Positions 21,135 to 31,545 of a stretch of DNA of 64,000 bases are shown one piece after another. Below the pieces are notes generated by a model. It made no database searches. It saw only the letters and a list, made by a program, of their open reading frames with translations, and had not been told where the DNA came from. The translations under genes and the position numbers were made by a program. The stretch lies in contig JABXHX010000021.1 of NCBI GenBank assembly GCA_013373385.1, positions 9,499-73,498 on the forward strand, written 5' to 3'. Source of the DNA: Flavobacteriaceae bacterium (GTDB lineage Bacteria > Bacteroidota > Bacteroidia > Flavobacteriales > Flavobacteriaceae). The first letter of the stretch is position 1. Each line of letters begins with the position of its first letter.

Positions 21135-22523
21135 ATGAAAAAATTATGGCTATTAGTTGCTGCCATTGCAATTGTTTCTTGTAAAAAAGAAGCAACTGTA
21201 GATTACGCAGTAATATCAGGAAAAATCACAAATGCTGAGCCTAAAGAGATGACATTATACAGCTCATCAGATAGGTCTTTTAGAGAAAAAATTACCATTG
21301 CAGAAGATGGTACGTTTAATGATACTATTAAAAAATTTGGTGCCTTTTCCTTATATCAGGGAAGAAACTTTACTCCACTACACTTAGAAGCTGGGAATAC
21401 TATCACCATTAATTTTGACGCTAAAGATCATAAAAATACCTTAGCTATTACTGGTACAGGTTCAGAAATCTCTAACTATTTACTTGAAAAGAAAGCGAAA
21501 GAAAATGAGATAAAAGGTAAAGGAATTGATCTCTTTAAAAAAGAAGAAGCAGACTATAAAAAAGCAATAAGCGATATTAAAACTGCTGCGACAGAGCTTA
21601 TAGATAGTAAAAAAGGCATTTCTGCTGATTATAAAGCAAAAGAAAAAAGAAACATCAATTATACATATATAACCAATTTAGATATGTACAAAATGTATCA
21701 CGCATATTATGCTAAAAAGAAAGATTTTGAACCTTCAGATGCTTACAAAAAAGAAATAGATGACTTAATGGCTGAGGTAAGTTTTAACAATGTAGATGAT
21801 TATAATTTCTCTTCGAGTTACAAAAACCTAGTATCTGCTCACTATAGAAAAAAAGCTAATGAATTAGCAAAAAAAGACAGTATTTCTAATGATGTTGCTT
21901 CATTAAAAATATATGGAGGCATTAAAAATGAAGAAATTAAAAATGCTCTAATTCATGAGGCAAGTATATATGGAATTACATACACGAGCGATTTAGAAGC
22001 TTTTTATGCAGCTTATAAAGCAGCAGGTTCTACAAATGAAAAAAATAATGCTGAGATAGAAAAAACATACAATATTCTAAAAAAGGTATCTAAAGGAAAT
22101 CCTTCTCCAGAGTTTAAAGATTACGAAAACTACAAAGGAGGGACAACTTCTTTAGCAGACTTAAAAGGCAAATATGTGTATATAGATGTTTGGGCTACTT
22201 GGTGTGGACCATGTAAAGCAGAAATCCCTTTCTTAAAGAAAGTAGAAAAGCAGTACCACGGTAAAAACATTACTTTTTTAAGTATTTCTATCGATGCAAA
22301 GAAAGATCACAAAAAATGGTTAGATATGGTAAAAGAAAAAGAGCTAGGTGGTGTACAACTTTTTGCTGACAACGATTGGAATTCTCAATTTATTCAAGAT
22401 TATTACATCAAAGGTATTCCTAAATTTATTTTATTAGACCCTAAAGGAACCATTGTAACGCCAAATGCGCCAAGACCTTCTAACAAAAAGCTTGTTGAGC
22501 TCTTTAACGAACTAAAAATATAA
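21135..22523 (+). CDS. TlpA-family thiol:disulfide oxidoreductase lipoprotein
   Basis: Lipobox IVSC; C-terminal WATWCGPC thioredoxin motif and GIPKF cis-Pro loop. Confidence 0.9.
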   Translation: MKKLWLLVAAIAIVSCKKEATVDYAVISGKITNAEPKEMTLYSSSDRSFREKITIAEDGTFNDTIKKFGAFSLYQGRNFTPLHLEAGNTITINFDAKDHKNTLAITGTGSEISNYLLEKKAKENEIKGKGIDLFKKEEADYKKAISDIKTAATELIDSKKGISADYKAKEKRNINYTYITNLDMYKMYHAYYAKKKDFEPSDAYKKEIDDLMAEVSFNNVDDYNFSSSYKNLVSAHYRKKANELAKKDSISNDVASLKIYGGIKNEEIKNALIHEASIYGITYTSDLEAFYAAYKAAGSTNEKNNAEIEKTYNILKKVSKGNPSPEFKDYENYKGGTTSLADLKGKYVYIDVWATWCGPCKAEIPFLKKVEKQYHGKNITFLSISIDAKKDHKKWLDMVKEKELGGVQLFADNDWNSQFIQDYYIKGIPKFILLDPKGTIVTPNAPRPSNKKLVELFNELKI

Positions 22524-22541
22524 TTACTTATATCAATATTG

Positions 22542-22573
22542 AAAAACCTCCAATAAAACTTGGAGGTTTTTTT
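22542..22573 (+). terminator. Intrinsic terminator after the TlpA gene
   Basis: AAAAACCTCCAA-TAAAAC-TTGGAGGTTTTTTT. Confidence 0.8.
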
Positions 22574-22587
22574 ACTACACTCTTTTT

Positions 22588-24558
22588 ATGAAAAAAATAG
22601 TTTTATTTTTTGCACTTTTTATTGGGCTTGCAACTACTTTTCAAGCTCAAACAGATGATAGCCCTGTAAACTGGACTACTTCATTTAAAAAAATTAGTGA
22701 TACAGAATACGATTTAATTTTTAGTACCACTATAAAAATGGGTTGGCATGTGTATTCTCAATACTCTGATAAAGGTGGAGCGCAACCAATAAAAATTAGC
22801 AAAACAAATAAAGATGCTAAGTTTAGGTTAGTTGGTAAAGCTGTAGAAAGTGATACCATAAAAAAGTACAACGATGTATTTGAAGTTTATGAAACCTATT
22901 TTGATGACTACGCTGAGTTAAAGCAGCGTATCGTTTTAGAAGATCCAAACATTACAGAAGTGTCTCTAAATCTTTTTGGACAAGTTTGTAAAGAAGTTTG
23001 TATACAATTTGAAGATGATTATACCTTTACCTTAAAAGGAAAAGCTACAAAAAAAGGTCCTGCAACCATTGATGATAAAAGTAAAACCCTTACCAAAAAA
23101 TTAAAACTTGATTTAAAAAACGCTGAACTATTACAAACTACAGCACAAAAAGAATCAAGTGAAGGAGGTAGTTTACTAAACATATTCTTATTAGGTTTTT
23201 TTGGCGGACTCTTAGCCTTGTTAACACCTTGTGTGTTTCCTATGATACCGTTAACGGTGTCATTTTTTACCAAACAATCTAAAAACAAAAGCAAAGGAAT
23301 TACCAATGCTATTCTTTATGGAGTATTTATTGTAGTAATTTACATTTTACTAAGTATTCCTTTCCACTTTTTAGACAGCTTAGATCCAGAAATATTAAAC
23401 ACCATTTCCACCAATGTTTGGTTAAATATTTTCTTCTTTACTATTTTAGTATTCTTTGCTTTCTCTTTCTTCGGATACTATGAAATTACCTTACCAAGTT
23501 CTTGGGGTAACAAAATGGATACCGCTTCTGGAGCAGGAGGACTCATTGGAATTTTCTTTATGGCGTTGACACTAGCCATTGTTTCTTTTTCGTGTACAGG
23601 ACCAATTTTAGGCTCGTTATTAGCAGGTTCCTTAACCTCTGATGGAGGCGCTACACAACTAACAGCTGGTATGACTGGGTTTGGTTTAGCTTTAGCTTTA
23701 CCATTTGCATTATTTGCACTCTTTCCTAGTTGGTTAAATTCGTTACCAAAATCTGGTGGGTGGCTAAATACAACTAAAGTAGTTTTAGGATTTTTAGAAT
23801 TAGCCTTTGCGTTTAAATTCTTATCGAATGCAGATTTAGTTGAACACTGGGGCATCTTAAAAAGAGAAATATTTGTTGGTTTATGGATAGTTATTTTTGC
23901 AGGATTGGCATTGTACTTATTTGCTAAAATTAAATTCCCGCACGATTCACCAATTAAAAAATTGAGTTTCTCAAGAGTTTCTTTTGGAGTCTTAGTTGTC
24001 GCTTTTGTAATCTATTTAATTCCGGGAGTAATGAAAAATCCAACTTGGAATCTAAATCTATTAAGTGGTTTTCCACCTCCACAATTTTATAGCGTATATG
24101 AGAAAGATACAAACTGCCCTTTAGGCTTAAACTGTTTTAAAGATTTTGATGAAGGTTTAGCCTATGCCAAGGCAAATAACAAACCAATATTATTAGATTT
24201 TACAGGATGGGCATGTGTTAATTGTAGAAAAATGGAAGAAACCGTTTGGGTAGAAAACGATATTTTTACAATTATAAATGACGATTATGTATTGATTTCA
24301 TTATATGTTGACGATAGAAAAGAGTTACCTAAAGAAGATCAGTTTGATTTTATTAAAAACAATGGTAAACTCAAAAAAATTAAAACCATCGGAGATAAAT
24401 GGGCTACCTTTCAAGCCATCAATTTTAAAACAGCATCTCAGCCGTATTATGTATTAATGAGTCCAGATTTAGAAATTTTGCACTCAGCACAACAATACAC
24501 AGATAGAGACACTTATTACAAGTGGTTAAAAGAGGGCTTGCAAAAGTTTAAAAAATAA
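22588..24558 (+). CDS. dsbD: Thiol:disulfide interchange protein DsbD
   Basis: N-terminal DsbD-alpha domain, LLTPCVFPMIP and SFSCTGP transmembrane cysteines, C-terminal WACVNC. Confidence 0.9.
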   Translation: MKKIVLFFALFIGLATTFQAQTDDSPVNWTTSFKKISDTEYDLIFSTTIKMGWHVYSQYSDKGGAQPIKISKTNKDAKFRLVGKAVESDTIKKYNDVFEVYETYFDDYAELKQRIVLEDPNITEVSLNLFGQVCKEVCIQFEDDYTFTLKGKATKKGPATIDDKSKTLTKKLKLDLKNAELLQTTAQKESSEGGSLLNIFLLGFFGGLLALLTPCVFPMIPLTVSFFTKQSKNKSKGITNAILYGVFIVVIYILLSIPFHFLDSLDPEILNTISTNVWLNIFFFTILVFFAFSFFGYYEITLPSSWGNKMDTASGAGGLIGIFFMALTLAIVSFSCTGPILGSLLAGSLTSDGGATQLTAGMTGFGLALALPFALFALFPSWLNSLPKSGGWLNTTKVVLGFLELAFAFKFLSNADLVEHWGILKREIFVGLWIVIFAGLALYLFAKIKFPHDSPIKKLSFSRVSFGVLVVAFVIYLIPGVMKNPTWNLNLLSGFPPPQFYSVYEKDTNCPLGLNCFKDFDEGLAYAKANNKPILLDFTGWACVNCRKMEETVWVENDIFTIINDDYVLISLYVDDRKELPKEDQFDFIKNNGKLKKIKTIGDKWATFQAINFKTASQPYYVLMSPDLEILHSAQQYTDRDTYYKWLKEGLQKFKK

Positions 24559-24633
24559 ACGATACCGTTTATTTATCAAACTAGAAACGATTCAAAAATA
24601 AATTGGTTATTTTTATCAAAAAAGTAACCAATT

Positions 24634-26124
24634 ATGAAAACAACAATTGCATCGTTTCTAGTTTTTTTATGTTTTACAACTTCGTTAACAGCTCAGAAAA
24701 GAGTTATTCCTACAGACACCACAGTTGTCACAACTCACACAACAACTATTAAAGGAAAAAAGATCGATTATACTGCTTACGCAGGTACCATTCCTTTATG
24801 GGACAAAGAAGGAAATCCAAAAGCAACCTTGTTTTATACCTATTACAAAAGAACCAATAAAGTCAACACAGCTAAAAGACCGTTACTCATTTCTTTTAAT
24901 GGTGGCCCTGGTTCTGCATCAGTTTGGATGCATCTTGCCTATACTGGTCCTAATATTTTAACTATTGATGATGAAGGGTATCCTGTTCAACCTTACGGAT
25001 ATAAAAGTAATCCGTATTCTATATTGGACGTTGCAGACATTGTTTTTGTAAATCCTGTAAATACAGGATATTCTAGAACTGTAAAACAAAAAGGAAAAAA
25101 AGTAAATAGAGCCGATTTTTTTGGTGTTAATGCAGATGTAAAGTACTTGGCAGAATGGGTAACTACTTTTGTAACTAGGTATAAACGTTGGCCATCTCCT
25201 AAATATTTAATTGGCGAAAGTTATGGAGGCACTAGAGTCTCTGGCTTGGCACATCGATTGCAAAGTAGCCAATGGATGTATTTAAATGGAGTTATTTTAG
25301 TTTCTCCTGCAGATTATGGCGCTAAAAACTCTGATAATGCCGTAGCATCCTCTATAGATTTTCCATACTTCACTGCGGCTGCTTGGTATCATAAAATGTT
25401 ACCTCCAGCTTTACAACAAAAAGATTTAATCGAAATACTACCAGAATCTGAAAAGTTTGCAATCAATTCTTTAATGCCTGCACTAGCAAAAGGTGGTTTT
25501 ATATCAGAAAATGAGAAAAACCTTATTGCAGAAAAAATAGCGTATTATACAGGGCTTTCTAAAAAAGTAATTTTACAACACAACTTAGAAATACCTAATA
25601 GCTTTTTTTGGAAAGAATTACTAAGAAACAAAAATGGAAAAACCATCGGACGACTTGATTCTAGATATTTAGGAATCGATAAAAAAGAAGCAGGTGATGC
25701 TCCTGATTATAATTCTGAGCTAACTTCTTGGTTACATTCTTTTACTCCAGCCATCAATCATTATATGCAACAACATTTAAAATTTAAAACAGATGTAAAA
25801 TACAACATGTTTGGGCCTGTTCATCCATGGGATTGGAGAAATAATAACACTAGAGAAGAACTAAGAAAGGCTGTGGCACAAAATCCTTATTTACACTTAT
25901 TATTCCAAGCTGGATATTACGATGGTGCTACAACCTATTTTAATACAAAGTATACCATGTGGCAAGTAGACCCAAGTGGAAAACTAAAAAATAGAATGTT
26001 CTTTAAAGGATACAGAAGCGGACACATGATGTATCTTAGAAAAGCAGACCTAAAAGCGGCCAATGAAGATATTAGAAACTTTATCAAAGCCAGTGCATCA
26101 AAAGGGAAACCTGCTAAATATTAA
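24634..26124 (+). CDS. Peptidase S10 family serine carboxypeptidase
   Basis: FNGGPGS, GESYGG nucleophile elbow, GYYDGAT, SGHMMY. Confidence 0.9.
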   Translation: MKTTIASFLVFLCFTTSLTAQKRVIPTDTTVVTTHTTTIKGKKIDYTAYAGTIPLWDKEGNPKATLFYTYYKRTNKVNTAKRPLLISFNGGPGSASVWMHLAYTGPNILTIDDEGYPVQPYGYKSNPYSILDVADIVFVNPVNTGYSRTVKQKGKKVNRADFFGVNADVKYLAEWVTTFVTRYKRWPSPKYLIGESYGGTRVSGLAHRLQSSQWMYLNGVILVSPADYGAKNSDNAVASSIDFPYFTAAAWYHKMLPPALQQKDLIEILPESEKFAINSLMPALAKGGFISENEKNLIAEKIAYYTGLSKKVILQHNLEIPNSFFWKELLRNKNGKTIGRLDSRYLGIDKKEAGDAPDYNSELTSWLHSFTPAINHYMQQHLKFKTDVKYNMFGPVHPWDWRNNNTREELRKAVAQNPYLHLLFQAGYYDGATTYFNTKYTMWQVDPSGKLKNRMFFKGYRSGHMMYLRKADLKAANEDIRNFIKASASKGKPAKY

Positions 26125-26138
26125 CAATGTTAACTCAT

Positions 26139-26168
26139 AAAAAAAGCCTGCATTTGCAGGCTTTTTTT
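26139..26168. terminator. Bidirectional intrinsic terminator
   Basis: A7-GCCTGC-ATTT-GCAGGC-T7 between convergent genes. Confidence 0.85.
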
Positions 26169-26181
26169 ATGAATCTTAATG

Positions 26182-28926
26182 TTAGTGCATTCTTCTAAAT
26201 GATCTTCTACCTCTATTGCTGCGTCCTTTTCCTTTGTTTCCGTTTAAAGTATAGGTTAAACTTACCATGTAATAGGTTCCTAATACTTCTCTTGTAGTCT
26301 CTTGAAAATAGTTGTCTGAACTGCTTCTAGAAAATCCAACATTTTTATTTAAAATATCTAGCGCTGTTAGTTTTAAGTTTAAAGCTTTAGATTTCAGTAA
26401 ATTATATGACACAGAAGCATTCCAAATTGGTACAGATTGATCAGTACCAAAATTACTATCTGTAAACACATCGTATTTAAACTGAGTATTAATGTTAAAT
26501 GACTTAGTAACATTCCAGTCAGATTTTACAAAGTATGATTGTTGTAAATAATCTCTGTCTCTACCAGAACTAGAAAATGATGTTATATTTTTATTAAAAT
26601 TGGCTCCAATTGCCATATCTAACTTGTCTTTCTTATTGTTTTCAAAAGACATTCTAACACTCATATTTTTAGAGTTGGTTTTATTGTTAATACTGTTAAT
26701 TACTGACTGATAGTTACTGGTAGAAAGATTCGCTCCTAAATTGTATCTAATTCCTAATTTCTTTAATCTATTTCCAAAATTAACATCTGCACTAAAACTT
26801 TCTCTATCTCCTAAATTAACATAAGTACTTGTTCTAACTCTAGTGCTAATATCTGTTGTTTCTGAATTAACAATTGCATTGCTAGTATTGTCGTAACTAA
26901 GGTGTGCCATAAAGCTAAAACCAGTTACAAAATTATAGTTACCATACATTCCAAAAAACGAATGTCTATTCTCTGGTGTTAGGCTTTGATTACCTTGTCT
27001 AATATACAACGGATTAAAGTTATTAACTACAGGAGAAACTCTATTTAAGCTTGGTAAATCTAACGATTTACGATATCTAAAAAACATCCAACTTCCTCTC
27101 TTTGGACGATATCTAAATCTAACGCTTGGGTTAAAGCTTGTGTACTTTCTATTGAATACAGAAACACCTGTTAGTCCAAATTTTTGTGATTGCTCTTGAA
27201 ACTCAGAGCCAATTGTTAAAGAAGTCTTTTGATTATTGTATTTATAATCAATAGAACCATAGGTTGTTGTCTTTTCTTCAAATAAATCGGCTATAAATGT
27301 TGAGCCAGAATTTGTTGTTCCGTTTAATGTTTGGCTTTGGTCTGTAAACTCATCTTCATTATTAAATCTTAACCCTGCACCAAATTCTACAAAATGCTTA
27401 TCGTTTAAAGGCTCTGTATATTGCGCTTCAAAATTAACAGTATTACTTTTGCTATCTTGAGTTTGTTTACCAATGGTAGATTCGTCTGTTTTTCCAGGGT
27501 CTGTATAATCTTTTGTAGCACTATTACCACTAACACTATTACTTTTGTTTCCAGAAAAATCAAACTCTAACTCTATACTGCGTTTACTTTTTGCATTGAA
27601 TCTTTTTATATAATCAATATTTACGCTTCCGCTCGAGCTTTCATTATTACTATTCGATGCGCTGATGTTTTTAACATCTAAATTATTACCAGTGTCATAG
27701 GCATCTAAAGAGCTATTACTATTTCCTTCTGTGTTACTAGAATTTAATCTACCTCTAATAATAAATGTCTTTAGCTTATCTGACCTATCTATATAGTTAA
27801 AATTTGCTTTGTTAGATTTTGTTGTACTATTACTGTTACTATTACTCTCAGAATACAGGGCATTATTACCAATAAATTCAGTTCTTTTGATAGAGACATT
27901 TCCAGATTTTGAATTGTTATAATTATAGAAGTAATCAAAATTTAAGTCCTGTCTCTTTTTAAATTCGTACCCTAAATTAAATCCTGCAATACCTGTAGTA
28001 ATAAAACCAGAAGAACTTCCTCCACTTCCCCCTCTAGAAATTCTAAAACCTCCTCTTCCTCCACCAAAAGACATAATCTCTGAAATATCAGAGCCAGAAC
28101 TGTTTACGTTATTGTATCTACCAATAATTGATGCTTGTATTTTAGGGGAAAATCGGTTATAGTTTAAGCTTGTTAAAAAACGATCGTCTGTACCGTATCC
28201 TCCTTGAAATTTACCAAAATCATTTACTTTTCTATCATCTTTTAGTTCTAAGTTTAGTACTTTTTTTCTATCAGAATCGTTCACTCCTGTTACTCTAGCT
28301 TTATCACTTTTTTCATCAATTAATTGTATTTTTTTAATTGCATCTGCAGACAAGTTTTTTAATGCTACAGATGGATCTCCACTAAAGAACTCTTTTCCAT
28401 CTACATAAACCTTAGAAACATCTTCTCCTTGTGCTTTTACCTTACCATTAGCATCAACTTCTACTCCAGGCAATTTCTTTAATAAATCTTCTACATTATC
28501 ATCAACTCTAACTTTAAATGCTTTTGCATTAAAAGCCATGGTGTCTTTTTTTATTGTAATTGGAATAACTGCATTTACTACAACTTCGTCTAAGGTATTG
28601 TCTTTTTCTTTTAATACTATAGTCCCATAGTTTAATGATTTACCATTAAAATCTAGTTTCTTTTGATATACCTTGTAACCAATTAAGTTAATTTGAAAAA
28701 TTCTTTTTCCGTTTGTAATATTTACAACTTTAAAATCGCCTTTAGCGTTTGTACTAGCGTAACTTACTAAAGTAGAATCTGTCGCATTAAGCACTGCTAC
28801 AGAAGCAAACTCTAGAGGTTTTTTATCTTCGCCAATTACTTTACCAGTAATACTTTGTGCTACAACATTAGATGTTACTATTAATAGTATTACTAATAGG
28901 AATTTGGTTGAAATTGATTGCGTCAT
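26182..28926 (-). CDS. Outer-membrane beta-barrel protein, TonB-dependent-receptor-like
   Basis: Signal peptide, carboxypeptidase-regulatory-like domain, LDEVVV, LLKKLPGVEV, DGKEFF, LTALDILN, C-terminal barrel strands. Confidence 0.85.
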   Translation of the reverse strand: MTQSISTKFLLVILLIVTSNVVAQSITGKVIGEDKKPLEFASVAVLNATDSTLVSYASTNAKGDFKVVNITNGKRIFQINLIGYKVYQKKLDFNGKSLNYGTIVLKEKDNTLDEVVVNAVIPITIKKDTMAFNAKAFKVRVDDNVEDLLKKLPGVEVDANGKVKAQGEDVSKVYVDGKEFFSGDPSVALKNLSADAIKKIQLIDEKSDKARVTGVNDSDRKKVLNLELKDDRKVNDFGKFQGGYGTDDRFLTSLNYNRFSPKIQASIIGRYNNVNSSGSDISEIMSFGGGRGGFRISRGGSGGSSSGFITTGIAGFNLGYEFKKRQDLNFDYFYNYNNSKSGNVSIKRTEFIGNNALYSESNSNSNSTTKSNKANFNYIDRSDKLKTFIIRGRLNSSNTEGNSNSSLDAYDTGNNLDVKNISASNSNNESSSGSVNIDYIKRFNAKSKRSIELEFDFSGNKSNSVSGNSATKDYTDPGKTDESTIGKQTQDSKSNTVNFEAQYTEPLNDKHFVEFGAGLRFNNEDEFTDQSQTLNGTTNSGSTFIADLFEEKTTTYGSIDYKYNNQKTSLTIGSEFQEQSQKFGLTGVSVFNRKYTSFNPSVRFRYRPKRGSWMFFRYRKSLDLPSLNRVSPVVNNFNPLYIRQGNQSLTPENRHSFFGMYGNYNFVTGFSFMAHLSYDNTSNAIVNSETTDISTRVRTSTYVNLGDRESFSADVNFGNRLKKLGIRYNLGANLSTSNYQSVINSINNKTNSKNMSVRMSFENNKKDKLDMAIGANFNKNITSFSSSGRDRDYLQQSYFVKSDWNVTKSFNINTQFKYDVFTDSNFGTDQSVPIWNASVSYNLLKSKALNLKLTALDILNKNVGFSRSSSDNYFQETTREVLGTYYMVSLTYTLNGNKGKGRSNRGRRSFRRMH

Positions 28927-29172
28927 TATAATTTAATTGAATTAGTTTATTTTTTAAGCTACAATTAGCTTTTTGCTTTGACCATTGAACAACTGTAAAG
29001 TTTAATTACAATTTTCGCTTTTAATCGTTTTAATATTTATTTAACATTTACAATAAATATATGCAGCAGCAAATGTAAACAGTATTGCTATTGATGGACA
29101 CTTTTTAACATTGTTTAACAACGATCTACAAAAAGTGGCTTTTAAAAATTTTTAGTACCTTTAAAATAAAAA

Positions 29173-30006
29173 ATGCTAGTGAAAATTTACGGTAGCGCCC
29201 TCTTTGGCATCGAAGCTACTACAATAACAGTTGAGGTAAATATAGATAAAGGCATTGGCTACCATTTAGTTGGTTTACCAGACAATGCTGTAAAAGAAAG
29301 TTCTTACAGAATTACTGCTGCGCTTAACAATAACTCTTATAAACTTCCGGGTAAAAAAATCATTATCAATATGGCTCCTGCAGATATTAGAAAAGAAGGT
29401 GCTGCTTATGATTTAACACTGGCTATTGGAATTCTTACTGCCTCTAACCAAATTATGTCTCATAATATTAATGATTACATTATTATGGGCGAGCTCTCTT
29501 TAGACGGGAGTTTACAACCCATAAAAGGTGCTTTACCTATTGCTATTAAAGCCAGAGAAGAAGGTTTTAAGCATTTTATTTTACCAAAAGAGAATGCGAA
29601 TGAAGCTGCCATTGTAAATGATTTAGAGGTGCTTGGAGTTACAAACATTATGGAGGTAATTCATCATTTTAATGGAGACAAACTAATTGAACCAACTGTT
29701 GTTGATACGAGGGCCGAATTTTACAAGCATATCAATTTTCCTGAGTTTGATTTTTCTGATGTCAAAGGACAAGAATCGATTAAACGCTGTATGGAAATTG
29801 CTGCTGCTGGCGGACATAATATTATTCTCATTGGTCCACCAGGCTCTGGAAAAACCATGTTGGCAAAACGATTACCATCTATCTTACCACCTATGACTTT
29901 ACATGAAGCATTGGAAACTACCAAAATTCATTCTGTGGTAGGTAAAACAAAGAATAATGGTTTACTATATCAACGTCCGTTTCGTTCACCTCATCACACT
30001 ATATGA
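29173..30006 (+). pseudogene. comM: ComM/YifB Mg-chelatase-like AAA+ ATPase, 5' half, interrupted by the island
   Basis: GLPDNAVKES, NMAPADIRKEG, GELSLDG, DVKGQE, GPPGSGKTMLAK, RPFRSPHHTI, then a TGA stop. Family members continue SDVALVGGG and are about 500 aa. Confidence 0.92.
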
Positions 30007-31479
30007 GGTGTGTCGCTCATTTGTTCCGTTTTCCAAAGAAGAAGGTATATAGCCATCGGGTAAAAGTTTATATAAGTTAATTTCAATGTCATCTTTACCA
30101 ACAATTATTTTATCTACAATGATTTCTATAATACTACGCTTTTGATCACGATTTAGCGTCTCCCATTTTTCATATAAATTTTGAGCTTCTTGAAGAATAG
30201 TATCTGTTGAAGCTTTTGATGTTGAGAACCCTAATATTTCTCCTTCAAGTTCAATAATAGATTGATTAATTTGTACAACTTGTTCGTAGGGTTCAGCATG
30301 ATAGGAATGAAAAGCTTCTGTTTTAATCTGTCCTCGCACGTGTAACTCTAATAATTGTTCAATTTTTTCATTTAATTTATTCTTTTTACGTTTAAGTATT
30401 GTAAGTTCTTGTTCTTTAGTAGTAATGAGGTTTTTAATTCTCTCAAAATAGTTTTCTACATTCTGTGGAGATACCGCATAGGAATACAACTCACTTTTAA
30501 ATACTTCTTCTAAATCTTCTTTGCGGATAAAATTACCGCAACTTTTATTGCATACATAACTTGGCGTATTATATCTTGTGTACATACGTCCTCCACATAT
30601 ACAAAACACATACCCTGTGAAAAGATGAACTTTAAGGTTTAAGGGTTTTGTATTGGTTCTTTTTTGTGAAGTAATAATTTGATTAACTTGATTCCATACA
30701 GTTTCATCAACAACCGCTTCTATATTATGAATACACCATTCTTCCTTTGGCTTTGGTTTATTCTTTGAATCTTTACGATTCATAATATGTAACCCTTTAG
30801 CTACAGGCTCTTGCAATAACCGTCGTACCGTTGAATCGGTAAACTTATTTCCTTTTTTCGTTCTATACCCACGTTCATTAAGAATATTTGCAACGGTACG
30901 TTTACGCTTATACTCTAAAAAAAGTTCATACATGAGCTTTAATATTGGTGCTTCATCTTTATGAGGAACAAGTATTTTGTTTTCATAGGTAAATCCAAAG
31001 GGAGCAACGCCTCCTACATGAATACCTCGTTTTGCTCTACTTAATGAAGAGGCTTTAACTCTATCAGTAATCAGTTCGAGTTCAAGTTCAGCAATAGAAC
31101 TCATACTACGATAAAAATGTCTTCCTATTGGTGTTGACGTATCAATAGACATATCCATTGATACCAAATCAGCATTATATTCTTGGAAGTATTTTGCTAT
31201 ATTTATAAGTTCTCCCGTATTACGTGCTAATCGTGCTATCTTATTAAACACCAAACCACTTATTACTCCATTTCTAATATCTTCCATCATTTTATTGGTT
31301 TGAGGATAACTCATAATAGATTTTCCACTCATCGCTTCAAGTCGATAGATTTTGATTAGTTTCCATCCTCGTGCTTGTACAAAACTTTTAGCACGTATTT
31401 CATGGTGTAGCGCATTGTCTTTGTCTACGGAATCCTGTGAGGAAACTCTCACCCAAATCCCTACTTTTTTGTGCTTCAT
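29986..31479 (-). CDS. Large serine recombinase (integrase 1)
   Basis: GIWVRVS catalytic Ser, RLARN, GGVAPFGF recombinase domain, CICGGRM...YVC zinc ribbon, coiled coil. Confidence 0.93.
   Translation of the reverse strand: MKHKKVGIWVRVSSQDSVDKDNALHHEIRAKSFVQARGWKLIKIYRLEAMSGKSIMSYPQTNKMMEDIRNGVISGLVFNKIARLARNTGELINIAKYFQEYNADLVSMDMSIDTSTPIGRHFYRSMSSIAELELELITDRVKASSLSRAKRGIHVGGVAPFGFTYENKILVPHKDEAPILKLMYELFLEYKRKRTVANILNERGYRTKKGNKFTDSTVRRLLQEPVAKGLHIMNRKDSKNKPKPKEEWCIHNIEAVVDETVWNQVNQIITSQKRTNTKPLNLKVHLFTGYVFCICGGRMYTRYNTPSYVCNKSCGNFIRKEDLEEVFKSELYSYAVSPQNVENYFERIKNLITTKEQELTILKRKKNKLNEKIEQLLELHVRGQIKTEAFHSYHAEPYEQVVQINQSIIELEGEILGFSTSKASTDTILQEAQNLYEKWETLNRDQKRSIIEIIVDKIIVGKDDIEINLYKLLPDGYIPSSLENGTNERHTSYSVMR
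29987..30010. repeat. Inverted repeat at the comM/island junction (putative att site)
   Basis: CACCTCAT-CACACTAT-ATGAGGTG: perfect 8-bp arms with an 8-bp spacer spanning the point where comM homology ends. Confidence 0.55.
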
Positions 31480-31545
31480 TTTTATGGTTTTATACCAAAC
31501 CTACAGTTCTAAAAAGGGATATACAAGGGAATACAACACTATTTT

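Noticed and set aside
23019-23855. 95-aa and 125-aa minus-strand ORFs
   Set aside because: Antisense to dsbD. The other 60-125-aa track ORFs nested in susC, nagB, tilS, the ATPases and the RHS genes were rejected for the same reason.
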